A stretch of 64,000 nucleotides of DNA. It comes from Antedon mediterranea (Eukaryota > Animalia > Echinodermata). The stretch is from positions 30,386,437-30,450,436 of the forward strand of contig NC_092672.1 of the NCBI RefSeq assembly GCF_964355755.1, given 5' to 3'. The notes under the pieces were generated by a model. The model was not told the DNA's origin, made no database searches, and saw nothing but the letters and a program-made list of their open reading frames with translations. Below, one piece after another: positions 44,356 through 58,956 of the stretch (the first letter of the stretch is position 1; each line of letters starts with the position of its first letter). The position numbers and the translations under genes were made by a program.

Positions 44356-47300
44356 CTACCCACAATCATCTGTAACTTTGTCGTTGAAAATGTTTGTACC
44401 ACAGTCATTCTGAAAGAAATACAGTAACCTGTTATTACCGTGGTAGGATAGTTTGGTTAAAGACCAAACATCTTGAATCTGACTGACGTAACGTAAATCC
44501 ATAATAAACACATTGTTTAGGTATAGCCTTTTCACATGCAGGCCTACTGGGTAGATTAGAAAAGGTCACACTTGATTTTCTTGAATTTCATTTAATAATT
44601 TCTTTCCATTACTTGTAGTCTGGAGATAGATGTTCAGTGACTTTTGCCGTGGTGTGTAGTCATTATTTGTTTGGTGGAAAATGTATAAACTCTATAAGAA
44701 TTCTCTAAACAAAAATGTGTTCTGTCTCTGTTTTTCATGTGGAGAAATCGTACTATTTTTATCTTTTCAAAGCACATTGAGACTTCGGTACAATACGCTG
44801 TGTCAACATAAACACATTACGTTGACACAAAGTAGTAACTAGGACGTATAGTGATTAGTATTGTCCATGTAAAGTGGAGTGAACTCTAGTCTATGGATTA
44901 CTTTAATGATACATAAATGCAATGTTTACGTTTGTTGTAGCTAAATGTAGTTATATATACATTCTAATAAATCCAATATGTTTAAAGATTAGTTGTAAGT
45001 AAGCTATATTAATAAACTCGTTATTTAAATTAGAGACAGCAGACAGTCAAAACAGCACCTTGTTATCTGTACTGTATCTCTAACATTATATGTCAAGTAT
45101 GATAAACACATTAGTGTAATGTAGTGTCACATGATCATACATCACGTGCGACGCCTGTATAATGTGAACGTTATGGCTAAGTTAGGCTTCTGGACTAGGG
45201 ATTTTGATACAGGCGTAACATATGATATATATGAGACATTGTATCACATAAATTGGCATGATACTGTACAGATTTTAAATGCAATTTGGAAATCGGCTAA
45301 AACGTGTTAAATCAATATACTGTAGTCTGTATGACATTTAACGCTGGTATAAATAAAAATGTATCACTGTAAATTTCAATATTAGGCCTACTGTAACTAA
45401 ATCTGCATCAAACCTGGGAAAAGTCACTACTCTTCCCTGATCAAACACTTTACCTGGTTATAGCAGTCTCTATCAGCTTCAAAATCTGGTTCACTACCAT
45501 TCTCAAATCGAACATAACGTCGCATTTGTAATCGCCATTCAGTTCTAAAACAAAGAATAGATTAGATAACATAAAACAAAAATAGATATATTTATACAGC
45601 CATTAAACACATAAACGAGTGAAATAGTACATACAAAAAATAAAGTAGTAATAGACAGTTACCTTTGTCTGTTGCAAATCACCAACCCAATAATATAGAC
45701 TAAAAGAACGACCACGAATGATACTGTTATCCACACGGCTACGTAGCTGATAGTTTTGTTCCTCGATATTAGTACGTTTGTATTCCTCATTGTCTGTTCA
45801 TTTCTATTTTCTAGTAAAAAGAAGATTTGAGATTATTTGGTGGATTCAAACAAACAAATTCGACTATATACAGCTTGTATACACATTGGGCATTAGTTTT
45901 TATTTATATTAAATATCATAGGTATCTCTTTGTATTCACTCTAAGTCGAGTATGGCTGAGTTCTATTATAATCTTTAGCCTGTAAAAAGGAAACAGAAAT
46001 GGGTACTTTTTCTGGTTAACCTTTTCGCTACCAAGATGGTTTTCCCAAAGAGCCAGTGCTTTGGATATAACATAAATTGAAAATTGTAAACATATCAAAA
46101 AGATATCTCTAAGATAGAATATAATATGGTATGTATTATCTAATGAAAAAAGATAAATGAATTTATTTAGATATTTCTTCATTGCGATATAATTGTTATA
46201 TTATTGATGAAATAGTGTTACTTGCATCAAAAGAAGATTTGTTTTAATGAAATGAATTACTATTTTGGGGTGTTTTTTTTGCTAGGCCTAGTTTTATTTC
46301 CTTCTTTATTTTATATAATAGAATTTAAGAGAGCCCTTGAATACCAACATACATTTTGTGTCCTCAATGGGTTATCAAAAAATTAAAAAATATATTTTTT
46401 TTCTCTAAATTAGTTAAAACCTACATTACATTTAACAATATTTAATACTATGATTTATAATAAGCTGTAATAACATTACCACTAATTCTAGTTTTATCAT
46501 TATTAATTCCAGCAGTTTTGCTTTTGGTGTCATATATGTGTTGCTGTATCGTACTTTCAGGTTGTGTTGTTGCTCTGTCAGTTAAAAGTGTTTCCATTGT
46601 ATTTATAACTTGTAATGTCCTTTCCGTAACTAAACTCATATTTTTCGTACCAACAGAATCGCCATTTTGGGAAACCATTGCTTTGTCTGCATAGTCGGGC
46701 ATTGTAGAAACACTTTTGTTGGTCAACTCTTGAAAATGTTCTGAAATAGCTGTTTTTGCGGTATCTAATGTACTCAAAGATTTTGGTCGAACACTTGTTG
46801 ACTCGGTATCACGTGATTCTGTCCAATTTTCAGTTATAGTCTGCTCAACGATAGATGGCGTAATGGTTGACAGATAAGTTTCATTTGTGAATAATTGTAC
46901 ATTTTTTGTAGCTGTTGACAGAAAAGTTTCATTCGTGAGTGTAGATTGTTGTATATTTTCTGTAGTCTTTTCATAGATATGATCTATTCCAGTGTAATTT
47001 TGTATAGCTGTTGACATATAAGTTTCATTCGTGAGTGTAGGTTGTTGTACATTTTCTGTATTATTTCCATGGATACGATCTATTCCAGCGTAATTGTTTG
47101 TAGCTGTTGACATATAAGTCTCATTCGTGAGTGTAGGTTGTTGTACATTTTTTGTATTATTTCCATGGATACGATCTATTCCAGTGTAATTGTTTGTAGC
47201 TGTTGACATATAAGTTTCATTCGTGAGTGTAGGTTGTTGTACATTTTCTGTAGTATTTCCATGGATACGATCTATTCCATTGTAACTGTTTGTAGAATTA

Positions 47301-48310
47301 TCAATGTTTGTAACCATCGATTTATTATCTGAAAAGAACGTCCGGCTTTTGGACAGTGTGCTTGTAGGCATAGTTGTTGGAGTAAAAAAGGTGGCGTTCC
47401 CTAACTTGTTACTTTGACGAAAAATCCCTGTAATATTTATTAATTTCTCTTTCTTAAAAACTTCTGTAACATTCATTATTTCTTCTGAAATGTTTTTTAT
47501 AACTACACTCAAAGGTATAGAACCAACTTCTGCTGTAAGTGATGCTGGTTCGCTCCATGTTTTAGACAGTAACTGATTTTCTGTAGCGGACGGTATTGTA
47601 GTAGCATTTATGTCATTTACTAGAGTGGAATGCTGTTGAAACTTTTCCGAGATTGTTGATTGATTGAAAGGTACAAATTCTTCAAAAGTACCGGTACTGT
47701 TAACGCTAATGTCGCTATACTCTTCAGGGATTGTCGTCCATTCAAATGCGAGACGTTCCGTGTTGTCGGCATTGTCTTGAGTAATAGATGGCGCCCCAGT
47801 GGTGACGTTCAGTAAAATGTTAGCTATTATGAAGAAAGAAACATATCGATTGTGTAATTATATATAAGAATAGTATAGAATACACTTAAACGGTTTAATA
47901 AGGAATATTATAAATTCAATATGAGGTTTACATTATCCTAATTTAGACTAATTTAAACTGTCTATGAAAAATATGCAAATAAAAAGGTCAGTGTATGATG
48001 CATAATAATACTTTTATATCAAGATTTATTGCTACTTACACACAGACAATACAATATAATAAAGCATATAAAGGACAAAAGTGAATTGATTGCATGATTT
48101 ACTCGTGTCTATTCATAAAAGGAAAATAAATGTTATTTAAATAATTTTAATTTAAAATTGATTAGTTAGTGTCAGTCGTACTTAATAGTATGACGGTGTA
48201 CAAGCTACATACCAAATTCGTGCTAATTTTACATACGGAAAAAGCACACTGGTACCTATAACGAATGCTATTGTAACATTTTGATTCGAACACGCGAGTA
48301 TTGGCAACAT
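44356..48310 (-). CDS. Type I transmembrane mucin-like glycoprotein (about 560-575 aa)
   Basis: Phase-consistent exons: 48310-48256 (signal MLPILACSNQNVTIAFVI/ANILLNVTTG), 47823-46480 (Thr/Ser/Asn-rich), 45810-45663 (TM YVAVWITVSFVVVLLVYIIGLVIC), 45544-45454. The last exon(s) are uncertain (44691-44613 and/or 44409-44356). Confidence 0.75.
46905..47290 (-). repeat. Coding 96-bp (32-aa) tandem repeat x about 4
   Basis: NYTGIDRIHGNNTENVQQPTLTNETYMSTATN-like units. Confidence 0.92.
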
Positions 48311-49469
48311 ATTTTTTTTCAACGATACTGTATTGTTGAGAATGAACCGCTTGTCATGCGCAATCGACTACCTTTTACAAATTTAGAAATGTGACAAAAA
48401 AATCGAACATTACAAACATATATCGATTGAAGTTTTCTAAAACCTTCTCCCACAGACTCGCTCCGTATTAATAGATTATAATTTCTTAATAAGTCCCACT
48501 GTACAACTAAGATTGACAGTTGATTATGGTTATTTGTTCATAACATTCGTCTCTCTATGTTTACGTTAGTTATTATTATTATTATATTGTGATGAATTAA
48601 ATTAAAAATATATGATACGATTTTACGTCTCCATGCTGCAGATAACACGTACATGACAAACAATAGGATAACGTTATGCTATTTAACGATGTGATTTTGA
48701 GTCATTGGATAACGGCAAACAAAATTATTTCAATTCCAAATATTGTAAAAAATAACCCGGAGTGGTTGTGAAATCATGGAGATTAAACTAACAATGTTTT
48801 TATTTGGCTTGCTATGAATATCATCTTATTAATTATTATTATAATATAAGAATAATAATACTATATAATGATAAGCCTATACTGTCAGTGACACGAAACA
48901 AATACAAAGTTCACACGCAAAAGCCGTTATCTGGTTTTTATCATACATCAAACAATTTAACATTTTTTATGACACATTTGGCCCATCATACCAGCTTTTT
49001 AGGCCCAACGTTTCCATACACCTATCGTATTATGCTGAATGTACATTCGCTTACAACAAACGTTGAGCATGATCTAATGATATTTGATGTACGGTAGTTT
49101 TAAAATAACATGTCTATTACCAAATTATTTTCAAGATTGAGGGTATATTATGTTTCTTTTTGCATTGTCAGTAGATATAATTCAAATTATATGATTTAAT
49201 GATTTTTATTAGTTTATATATTACATATTCATTAGGGCAACATAAAGTGTTTCTTTGTTATGTATTGTTTACGACATATTCACGAATCGCTGTAAATCAA
49301 ATACAGTAGATCGAATTCTAGATCGAAATTAGTGAAAAGATAAATATTTTGACACATGGCGTTTCATACGTATAATACATGAGCTCACATTTTCGTAGTT
49401 TTTAGACAAAAATCAAAACGTCCGGCTGTTGGAATAACATAAGAAAGACAATTACAATAACTATACAGA

Positions 49470-50142
49470 CTAATTCTTGAATGTATCTAAGACCAAAAAA
49501 ATGGTTGTAGACTTCCGTAAATCACTTAATGTCAAATATCCATTGTTTATTAATGGTATATCAGTTGAGTTTGGAGAAGAATTTAAATTCTTAGGTATTT
49601 ATATTTCAAATGATCTGAAGTGGCATATTAACACACGTAACATTATTAGAAAGACCCAAAGAAGAATCTACTTCCTGCGTAGACTTAGGGCATTTGGTAT
49701 AAACTCTGAAATAATGTCCTTCTATAGGTCAGTTATAGAGAGTGTCATAACGTATTTTTTAACGATATGGTTCGGTAGCGCTACCGAAAATGAAAAGCGT
49801 GACCTAAATAGTTAGTTAAGACCGCATCGCGTATAATTGGATCTGCACAATTTCCTTTGGAGAACATTTTTTCAGATTGTCTTCTAAAAAAGGCAGTGGC
49901 TATCAAAGATGATCAATTTTATCTGGCCTCTAGTATGTTCCACTTAATGCGCAGCAGAAAGTAGTTTCTTTCCAGGAGCTATTAGAGCCTTAAACATCAT
50001 GTAGACACTTTTTGTAATGTTTTTGTTTTTTAGTTCGTGTTGTGTCCGTTGGATATTGTGCTCCCCCCACAGAGCAAAGAGAATTTCAATGTTTTTTTCC
50101 CTAAAACAAATGACAATAAATGATACTTGACTTGACTTGACT
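49470..50142 (+). mobile_element. Decayed LINE 3' fragment (Rex/L2-like) with (CTTGA)n tail
   Basis: LNVSKTKKMVVDFRK..FKFLGIYISNDLKW..QRRIYFLRRLR..FYRSVIESV, followed by AATAAA and the tail. Confidence 0.88.
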
Positions 50143-51355
50143 AATTAAATAAATCTATAATAATAAAAGAAATTTGTATTTTAAAATTCTATACTTATAC
50201 ATTAACTTGCGTGTGCCACGCGAGAACGAGCACTTTTATATATAAAATATCACTCAGTGAATGTTTGTTTGAGAATTTGTCACTTGAATTCCCCTCGAAA
50301 AGTAGAACAATCATGGCGAAAATTGCACTGCAATTCTAGTCATATTTTGTCCGTAACTTAGACCTACATAATGACAGGTTTATTCGACTTTGAGTGTTAA
50401 ATTATGTTCTGTTAAATGAACTTGAAGATTTCTGAAAGCTATCTCAGCGACTAGAATAGAATTCAATTTACAGCAACAATGTGGTGCGTTAATCTAACTA
50501 TACAAACACATACGTCGATGACTTCGAACTCCTTGAATAGATACACGTTTCTACTGCAAAGGTGATTGACTGTAATTATACAGTGTTTATTGATTGTCAA
50601 GAAATAATTAATTTTATTCTACACTAAGGCGACGGCCTAAGTCAGCTGAAAGCCACTGTGGTTTGTTTAGAATACTAAGTTAACACGCATATATGATATA
50701 GGCCTACAAGATACAAGAAACTGTATTTGTCTTCGTAAAAAACAAAGACAATGTCAGTTTTCGGTTGTCAGCAAACCCGATACACCCCAATGGAAAGAAA
50801 GTGGAAGTTTTGTGGGGATTTTTGGTCAAACTCTAAGCTATTAAACCTATATTGACTTTTTCTATCACCTCAGAATTTTTTGAATTTCTCCTATTTTGTG
50901 TATTTTTTTTATTCCACTTTCAATATATTTTAATACATTACCAATCTGTTTTTAAAACTATAGGCCTACTATATTATTTTTGCATAACAAGATTTTATAA
51001 TCTTTCATTTCATGATTTTCAATTTATTGAATTTATATAAAATGTTAACTCCCATTTCCTGTGCATCACTTGTTACAGTAATCAAATGGGCCAAATAATA
51101 AATGTTCAATATGGGCTGGTGTACTAAGATAAACACTAAAATGTTTTTTTTTAAATACATGCGTTATTAAAAGTATCGTCACATTTTGATGATTTCATGC
51201 AGCTAGAGCTGAATACGTTATCGCTAGCCACCGATAATCTTATCTATGCCAATCTTATATGTATGTAAATAAAATCAATTCAGCTTGTTATAAGTATATT
51301 TAGTCTGTCTGGTGCACACAAGTTAAATTTCGTTAATTGTACAACTCAAACTTAA

Positions 51356-51635
51356 AGATATATTGTCCCCAGCCCCGTAAACATTGTTTTTTTTTCAAGT
51401 TTTTTTTTAATATGCTATTTTAATGTCACATAATAGTTATTCACTTTGACCAAAAACTGGATCGAATAAAAAACATTTACCTAAAAATAAATATAATTTT
51501 ATTGTAAAACACACTTAATTGTCTTTTTTGTTGTTTTTTTTTGTTGTTAAAATTAACTGTTTTGTTTTTCTTTTTATAAGTGAAATAATTATTTATTAAT
51601 CTCCATTTGTCATGTTGTTGGGGGAAAATACATCT
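51356..51635. mobile_element. Kolobok-like MITE, relative of 36092-36408
   Basis: TTAAAGATATATTGTCCCC start, GGGGAAAATACATCT end, and shared core GTCACATAATAGTTATT..CTTTGACCAAAAA.TGGATCGAA. Confidence 0.65.
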
Positions 51636-51689
51636 GTGCACAGTTTCTACTCGAAAACAAACTTGTAGTTACGCAAACCTGTGTCTACA

Positions 51690-52340
51690 CATTTTGCAAA
51701 CTTTCCACTTATTTTGATTATTTTCTAAATATTTTGCAATCGTAAACTTTCTATTTATTTTGCTCATTTTCTATTTATTTTGCACATTTTCTACATATTT
51801 GTGCTATTTTCTAAACATTTTGATCATTTTATAATTTATTTTGATCAATTTATACATACATTTTTTGCAACTAGTATTTATTTTGCTTACTTTCTATATA
51901 TTTTTTCTAAATATTTTGTAAACTTTCTAATAAATCCCAAAACATAATCCACATGTATTTTAAGAGGCACTATCTGTCAACAAACTCTCCATGACGGTTG
52001 TTACATAATGCTTTGTATTATTTTTTATTGTATTTATATGTTTCATATGGACAGTTTGTCTGAAATAAAGTTGAATTGAATTGAATTGAATTGAATTTAT
52101 TTTGCTCATTTTCTACATATTTTGGCTCATTTTCTACATATTTTGACTTATTTTCTACATATTTTGGCTCTTTTTCTAAATATTTTTATCATTTTATAAT
52201 TAATTTTAATCATTTTCTACATACGTTGAAAACTTTCTAATTATTTTGCCTATTTTCCTATTCATTTTGCTGATTTTTTTATAATGATTTTAATCAATTT
52301 CTGCATATTTTGTAAACATTCTACATATTTTGCTCAGGCC
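51690..52340. repeat. Degenerate minisatellite (unit about 20 bp) interrupted by a retroposon tail
   Basis: Units like TTTTCTACATATTTTGCTCA; the insert at about 51965-52096 ends AATAAAG(TTGAA)5. Confidence 0.7.
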
Positions 52341-52974
52341 ATTTTTTTGCACATTTTCAACGATTCTCTTCTTATTTTTTAAATCGTTTATTCCTATAAA
52401 CTATTAAATTCACTAAATCCTAATTTTTGAGAAAATAAAACTTGTGAGTAAAAGTTACGACAACCTGATCTAGTTGTTATTTCAAGTTCACGCGTGTGCA
52501 TTCATTCATGCGTAGATTACATTCTGTCATGCTTACACTTGTATATATTCTCAGTAGGATAAACACGAACATCTACAGTTAAAAAACATCGAACTTTATT
52601 ATAAAACTATCAATCACCAATGCATAGTGTTTATCTCCGATGTTATTTTATATTTAAGCACGTCTTCTATTAACTACTATTATCGCTTTAATTTTAATTC
52701 ATTTGGTCAAACGTGATATAAAGTTTCATAGAAATGATTACCTTTTGACACTTTGATTATTGTATAACGAGGTATTGTCATGAGAAAAAGACATTGTATA
52801 TCTCTTTTATGAGCAAGCATGATTATATCTTAGAAATTATAGAAATTCGTTCATAAATCATTTGGCATAAGAAAATGCCAAAGAGTAACCTGTATGTAAT
52901 AATTATTATAAGGCGTTTATTCGCTGTATTTGGCTAACAACATTGGGCGCGTACGTATACTTTTTACTCATATT

Positions 52975-53113
52975 TGGTTCCTACAGAACACAACGCAAGA
53001 ACGTAATCGTAACGTAAGTAACAAGCGATGAATTATTCGAACTGATGCTTGTCATTGGTCAACTCGATTGCGTTGCGTCTACGTCCTTGCATTGCCCCTC
53101 CCTAATGGGAACT
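52975..53113. mobile_element. Palindromic MITE family member (relatives at about 55125, 63620-63735, 63890)
   Basis: CAACGCAAGAACGTAA...ATTGGTCAACTCGATTGCGTTGCGTCTACGTCCTTGC, with shared TGATTGGTCAACTC core. Confidence 0.55.
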
Positions 53114-55205
53114 GTATTTTCAACGATATTTTTGTTGAAGGCATCATTATTGTGCACAAGATGCTAATTTGAAACGATATCGTATGGATGTGCTGCGTTT
53201 CGTCATCAAAAATACAATAAACAGATGCGTTCAAATTACGTTAAAAATGGTAGACAACGGCTTTTGTACTCGCGCGTCACTTTTGTGTTGTTCTAAATGA
53301 TTTTAAACACTCTCAGTGTACTAATTATTACCAACAACTGTTTATGATGAGGTATGTTATTAATGTTTTCTATATTAACTATGCTAAACAGTAACGGTAT
53401 GATAAAAGGATAACACGCTTCACGCGCGCGTACTCATTTATCGCCAATTTAAATGATGTGCATCGTGAAGTCCACTCTCAATTGCGTGCTATGGATTTAA
53501 GATGTTGTTGAAAAAGAGGTTGTATTTTTTATGCTATTATGGCCTGGTCAAATTATTAGATATTATTATAAATCATTAGAAATGTGTGAATGCCTGAGTG
53601 TGTAATGGTTGAAGAACCGCGTTTAACGCCTTCGCTGCATTTATTAAAATACCTTCAATATGTCTTACGGACGTGATGCTATTAAATTCAACGACTTGAC
53701 CTATGAAATCGTCATTCATTGACAAAAGTAACACCACGATTTCTCACTCTTGAATCATTGATCTTTTTTATGTCCAGGTGGTTGTAGCTTGTCAAAATGA
53801 ATTAACGATAATTTACCGTACTCCTACTTTAATGTGATACGGTGCTAACATTTTATTTTTTTATATTTTCTTTCTATATATACACACACGCTGAACATTA
53901 TTTAAAATCTATATTTTTCCTCAAGGGTAAATGTTTGAAAGTGTTTCTTAAAATACTATTATTATCTTTTCAGGTGCTGTCAATTTGGATGTATGAGGCT
54001 TTGTTTTAAATTCAATTTTAATAATCTTTACAAAATATACATATTTTCAGTATTTATAAAGTACAATCAAAGTGTTTTTTTTAATTTTGTTTGTGCTAAG
54101 CCAAAAATGATGTTTCTTTAAAGTTCAAAATACCTCAAAAATAGAAGTGACATAATTCTTTTTAGTTTAAATGAAACAAACCATTTAGTATGTGTCTTTA
54201 ATGTCGGTCCATATGAGGAACCAACTTGGTTGAACAAATCTTCAATATGCCCTACTAAACATTGAATGCAATATAAACAATGTATAGGCCTAAGTACAAG
54301 TAAATCATTTTGCGTTTGTTGACTTGCTTTTCCGAAGACGTCTAAACATTACATTTTTATATTAGTCAAGTCACAGTCATTTAAAATGAAACAAACCATT
54401 TATTATGTGTCTCTAATGCCGGTCCATATAAGGAATCAACATGTTTTCAAGAAGAAAACAAAAAGATGCAAATACCTACCTTCTGAGTAGATTATAGTAA
54501 GAAGCGATGCGATCCATTTGTACCAGGATTTTAGTTCCATATTGTAGAACCACAGTAAATGTAACAAATTAGTGTTTCTGCAATAGAAAGAGCTTATATT
54601 AATAAAATGACCAACAACCACACAAGTTTACGCGGGAAAAATGGGGTGAATAACAGGCAGCTTAACAACATTAGTTACTTCGTTATTACGTACTTACACG
54701 TCTACCAATGTCTTGCAAGAAAACCTAAGATTCGTCCATTCAATTAATAGGGAATTGTATTTCATGAAAACAGTATTTGAAGGATTAACAATACAATATT
54801 GTTGATATACGATCTAATATTTTTCTTATTGAAGTTTATCTACAAGATTGTCCAACAAAAAAATAGATAACGAAATATTGAAATAAATTTGAAATTTTAG
54901 TTAAAGTAAAAATAAATAGGTACTCTCTTAATATTCCGCGTTGCTCCACTTGCCAAATTTAATTCGTTTGGCTACTTCTAACTCACATTGTTATGCAACA
55001 CTTCATGTTGTTTCAATATTTGCAATTATATACCAAAAAATAAACATTGGCAACGAATATTGTTGTATTTAAAGCAAGTAAGAGTTTATCAGATATTTGT
55101 AGACTTAATTAACGTTACTCTTCCTATGCTTGGTTATCACTTGGATGCAACGTAGGGACGTAAATCCACCAATCTCGACGAGATAGGTCATCCGAACTGT
55201 CGCTT

Positions 55206-55718
55206 GTGATTGGTCAACTCACTTGCGTTGGAGCCCACGTTGTTAGGTTGCGCGATGAGTCATCCGATTGGTCAACTCACTTGCTTTGGCGCCTACGTTG
55301 TTAGGTTGCGCGATGAGTCATCCGTGATTGGTCAACTCACTTGCGGTGGCGCCTACGTTGTTAGGTTGCGCGATGAGTCATCCGTGATTTGTCAACTCAC
55401 TTGCTTTGGCGCCTACGTTGTTAGGTTGCGCGATGAGTCATCCGTGATTGGTCAACTCACTTGCGGTGGCGCCTACGTTGTTAGGTTGCGCGATGAGTCA
55501 TCCGTGATTGGTCAACTCACTTGCGGTGGCGCCTACGTTGTTAGGTTGCGCGATGAGTCATCCGTGATTTGTCAACTCACTTGCGGTGGCGCCTACGTTG
55601 TTAGGTTGCGCGATGAGTCATCCGTGATTGGTCAACTCACTTGCGTTGGCGCCTACGTTGTTAGGTTGCGCGATGAGTCATCCGTGATTGGTTAACTCAC
55701 TTGCGGTGGCGCCTACGT
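55206..55718. repeat. 60-bp minisatellite x about 8.5, expanded from a MITE core
   Basis: Unit GTGATTGGTCAACTCACTTGCGGTGGCGCCTACGTTGTTAGGTTGCGCGATGAGTCATCC. Confidence 0.95.
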
Positions 55719-56514
55719 AGTAATCAAACATACTGAACTATCTTAATTATTTTTAATTGTCTCCCTTATCCATTTTATTGAGCATCACTTTTGGTTATAT
55801 TATGATATCTTCTATGACATCCAACAAGGAATGGAACCTTTATAGTATTTCGCTCGGGTTGTGTGCACTTTTTGATTAATGAAACTACAATTGAACTTTA
55901 TATTAAGTGCCAGATATTGTGGATAAATAATTTAATTTTTCATTATCTATGGATATACTTAAAGTAGTATTCTGTTTAGAAGCACGGAACCGTATTTGAT
56001 TTGCCTTCCTTTTCATTCATTCACCAAATCTATAACATCTCACTGCGTCACTGAAGATGTAATTTTCAAATTGGCACCAAGCACATTATTCACCTTCATT
56101 AGGAAATCACAAAAGGCCATAATAAAGCAGACGTTGGTGATATGTAGCAACCCGGAGTGTACTATATATTTCATCTAGGCACTTATTAGAAAAAGCTTAG
56201 TATTTGTAATACATGAATATTTACTATTGTTGCTGTGTTTTAAAATGTTATTTTAATTCCAATTGTTATTGTGGACTATTACTTCAAATCTTGTAGGCCT
56301 ATGTCTTGTCCGTGTATTTTAATATTGAAATTGATTTTGAACAAAATAAATGAATGATGAATGAATTCAATTCAATTCACAATTTATTAGCCTAAATCAG
56401 CAAGGACCTTTACACCCAATTAACGGGCATTTTATGTAGCAGTAACCCGCTTTTACAAAATAAATAAGTAATACGTTACGGTACAAGATCGACGACAACA
56501 TAATTTTTTTTTTA

Positions 56515-57363
56515 ATCAAATTCGCTGATGACACTAGTACTATTGGTCTCATAGTTTCAAACAATGATGAAAATTATCGTAGCGAAATACAAAGATTTGT
56601 AAAATTTTGTGACGATAATTATCTCCAAATAAATGCATCAAAAACAAAGGAGATGATCATTGATTTTAGGACTAAACATAAATTTAATTTTCAACCAATC
56701 ACTATCAAAGGTAAAGAAATTGAAATTGTTGACCAGTACAAGTATCTAGGAATTGTTTTCAATGATAAACTGAGTTGGGGAGACCATATAGACTTCATCA
56801 GCAAAAAATTAAGTCCCAGAATGTATTGTATGAGAACTTTATATAAATTTAACTCCTGTGATTTGATGTTACTTTCGTTCTATAGATCCGTTATATGTAG
56901 TGTTTGGACGTATTGCCTCTCCTGTTGGGCTGGTAATGTTACCGGAGGGAATAAAGGACGCCTTGAAACTTTCATCCGTCGGGCTGGTAAAATGATTGGT
57001 CTGGAACTGCCTTCCTTTACCGATGTGCACCTAGAACACCTCCAGAAAGATTTCGAACGCATTGAGTCGGATGCCTCTCATCCTCTCCACAAAGTGATCA
57101 TAGACCAACTTAATCCAAGTGGTAGATTGAGGCTCCTCAGTGTGAAAACAAATCGATTTGCTAAATCCTTTATTCCCTCCGGTATCATCCAGTACAACAG
57201 GAAGTCAAGAAGATAATTTTATATTGTAATTTTTTAGATGTTTTTATATGAATGGTTTTATGCTATATTTGTTTTTATAGTGTTTTCTTTGTTATTATGA
57301 CGAGCAATGAATTTCCTTTTTGAGGATCAATAAAAGTTATCTTATCTTATCTTATCTTATCTT
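56515..57363 (+). mobile_element. Young 5'-truncated LINE (Rex/L2-like) with (TCTTA)n tail
   Basis: Starts at IKFADDTSTIGL and is open through INASKTKEMIIDFR..YKYLG..SFIPSGIIQYN; AATAAAAG and tail. Confidence 0.92.
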
Positions 57364-57968
57364 AAAGACTTGTGATATACATACATTGTTAATATAGGTT
57401 AAGGAAACATAAAATTAACATCTATGAAATATTATAGTATATCTAAAACCCCCAGCGCGTGGAGCGTCATTTTAATCATACTATCAATATCATGGAATTT
57501 TTCTTTTCTCAACAATCTTATCTGGGTTATTTCCAATTATGGAAAGTAAACCAGTGTGTACATTTTTGTGTTTTTCTTTTAAAAAAGCATTTAAAGCCGT
57601 TTTATTCACTGCCAAAACACACAATTTGTTAAATCATAAGACATAAATCCATTTCCATGGTAAATTCGAATTATTCGATCTAGTTATTAATTTATGTTCA
57701 CATCAAAAAGACGTAACTCTACCCAGATATTGTACTTTATAATAGAATTGTTGCGTTTGGCCTTTACTCGTCGTTATCCAATGTTATTTCATAACAATTA
57801 AAACGATAACAGCAACACGTGGCCGGCATTCAATTCAAGTAGAGAAATTAGATATAGCATGCAGCATGTTATTACTATTAGCGTAATGTTTTCCCAGAAG
57901 ATGAGGACGATAACAGATTAACTTAGCACACATTTTGTAAATGGTAAAGTAGGGTATTGTTGGCGTTC

Positions 57969-58472
57969 TACTACACGTCTTCTAATTGTAGGCCTAACCC
58001 TGGGTTATTATTCTTGGATTGTTTTTTTAAGGTGGGTTACTATTAGAAGAGGGGTTACTATTAGAGTAGTGGGTTACTATTACTAATCTTAAATTAGGCA
58101 CCTAGAAATAGTAACCCACTCCAACTTTTCCTGTAAACAACTATAGCAAAATAATAAAACAGTACGAATAAATAAATTTGGTTGAACTCTAACTTTATTT
58201 AATTTTATAAACTCAAAAACACTCAATCCTCCCCCACTCCCCTGAGATCAACATGCATTATCTCTGCATTATCTCCTTATTTTCAAAATGGCTGCATCAT
58301 AAACGATCAGTCTTCATAATGTCATTTTGTCAATAGTTTTTGTAACTCTAATAGTAACCCCCATGTGTTACTATTAGAGTAGTGGGTCATTATTATAGAT
58401 TGACTTATAAGGTGGGTTACTGTTAAAAAGGGGGGTTACTATTAGTGTGGGTTCCTATTAGAAGAAGTGAAT
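57969..58472. mobile_element. MITE-like element with repeated GGGTTACTATTAGA motifs
   Basis: Imperfect TIR TACACGTCTTCTAAT / ATTAGAAGAAGTGAA and about 8 internal motif copies in both orientations. Confidence 0.5.
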
Positions 58473-58878
58473 ATGTATATCGCCAATCATCTCAATTTCG
58501 TTTAATAATCTCGAAATGATGTATCTTCTTGGCTACTAATCCAAGGAATGTTGTTCTAAAGTATAGAAGCAATATAAATCTACATAATAATATAAATTGG
58601 AAAATAAATAAATGAAAATAAATCTTTTCTTTTTGTGTTTCATTTGTCCATAATAGGAGATTTTTGTGTTTATATGGCCGTTGAGGGTGCTATTTTCAAT
58701 AATAGGGGCTTTTTGTCAATATGAAGGGCTAGTGTTGCCCGAAAGCTCTGCTAACTTTTCTGGCTGTTTACTTTATCGTTTTGCTTTAGCTTTTCGCTTA
58801 TTTTTTTTTTTGTATCTCCATTGTGATCCAGCCACTGATACCCACATCATTGTCATTTTTTCAGTTATTTGCCTTTGG

Positions 58879-58881
<3 letters not shown>

Positions 58882-58953
<72 letters not shown>
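58882..58953. repeat. (TA)n microsatellite
   Basis: About 35 TA units; shorter runs at about 24782 and 27310. Confidence 0.95.

Positions 58954-58956
<3 letters not shown>

Noticed and set aside
55206-55718. CRISPR-like array or 161-aa repeat protein (55210-55695)
   Set aside because: There are no unique spacers, the context is eukaryotic and no cas genes are present. The ORF is a by-product of a stop-free 60-bp unit.
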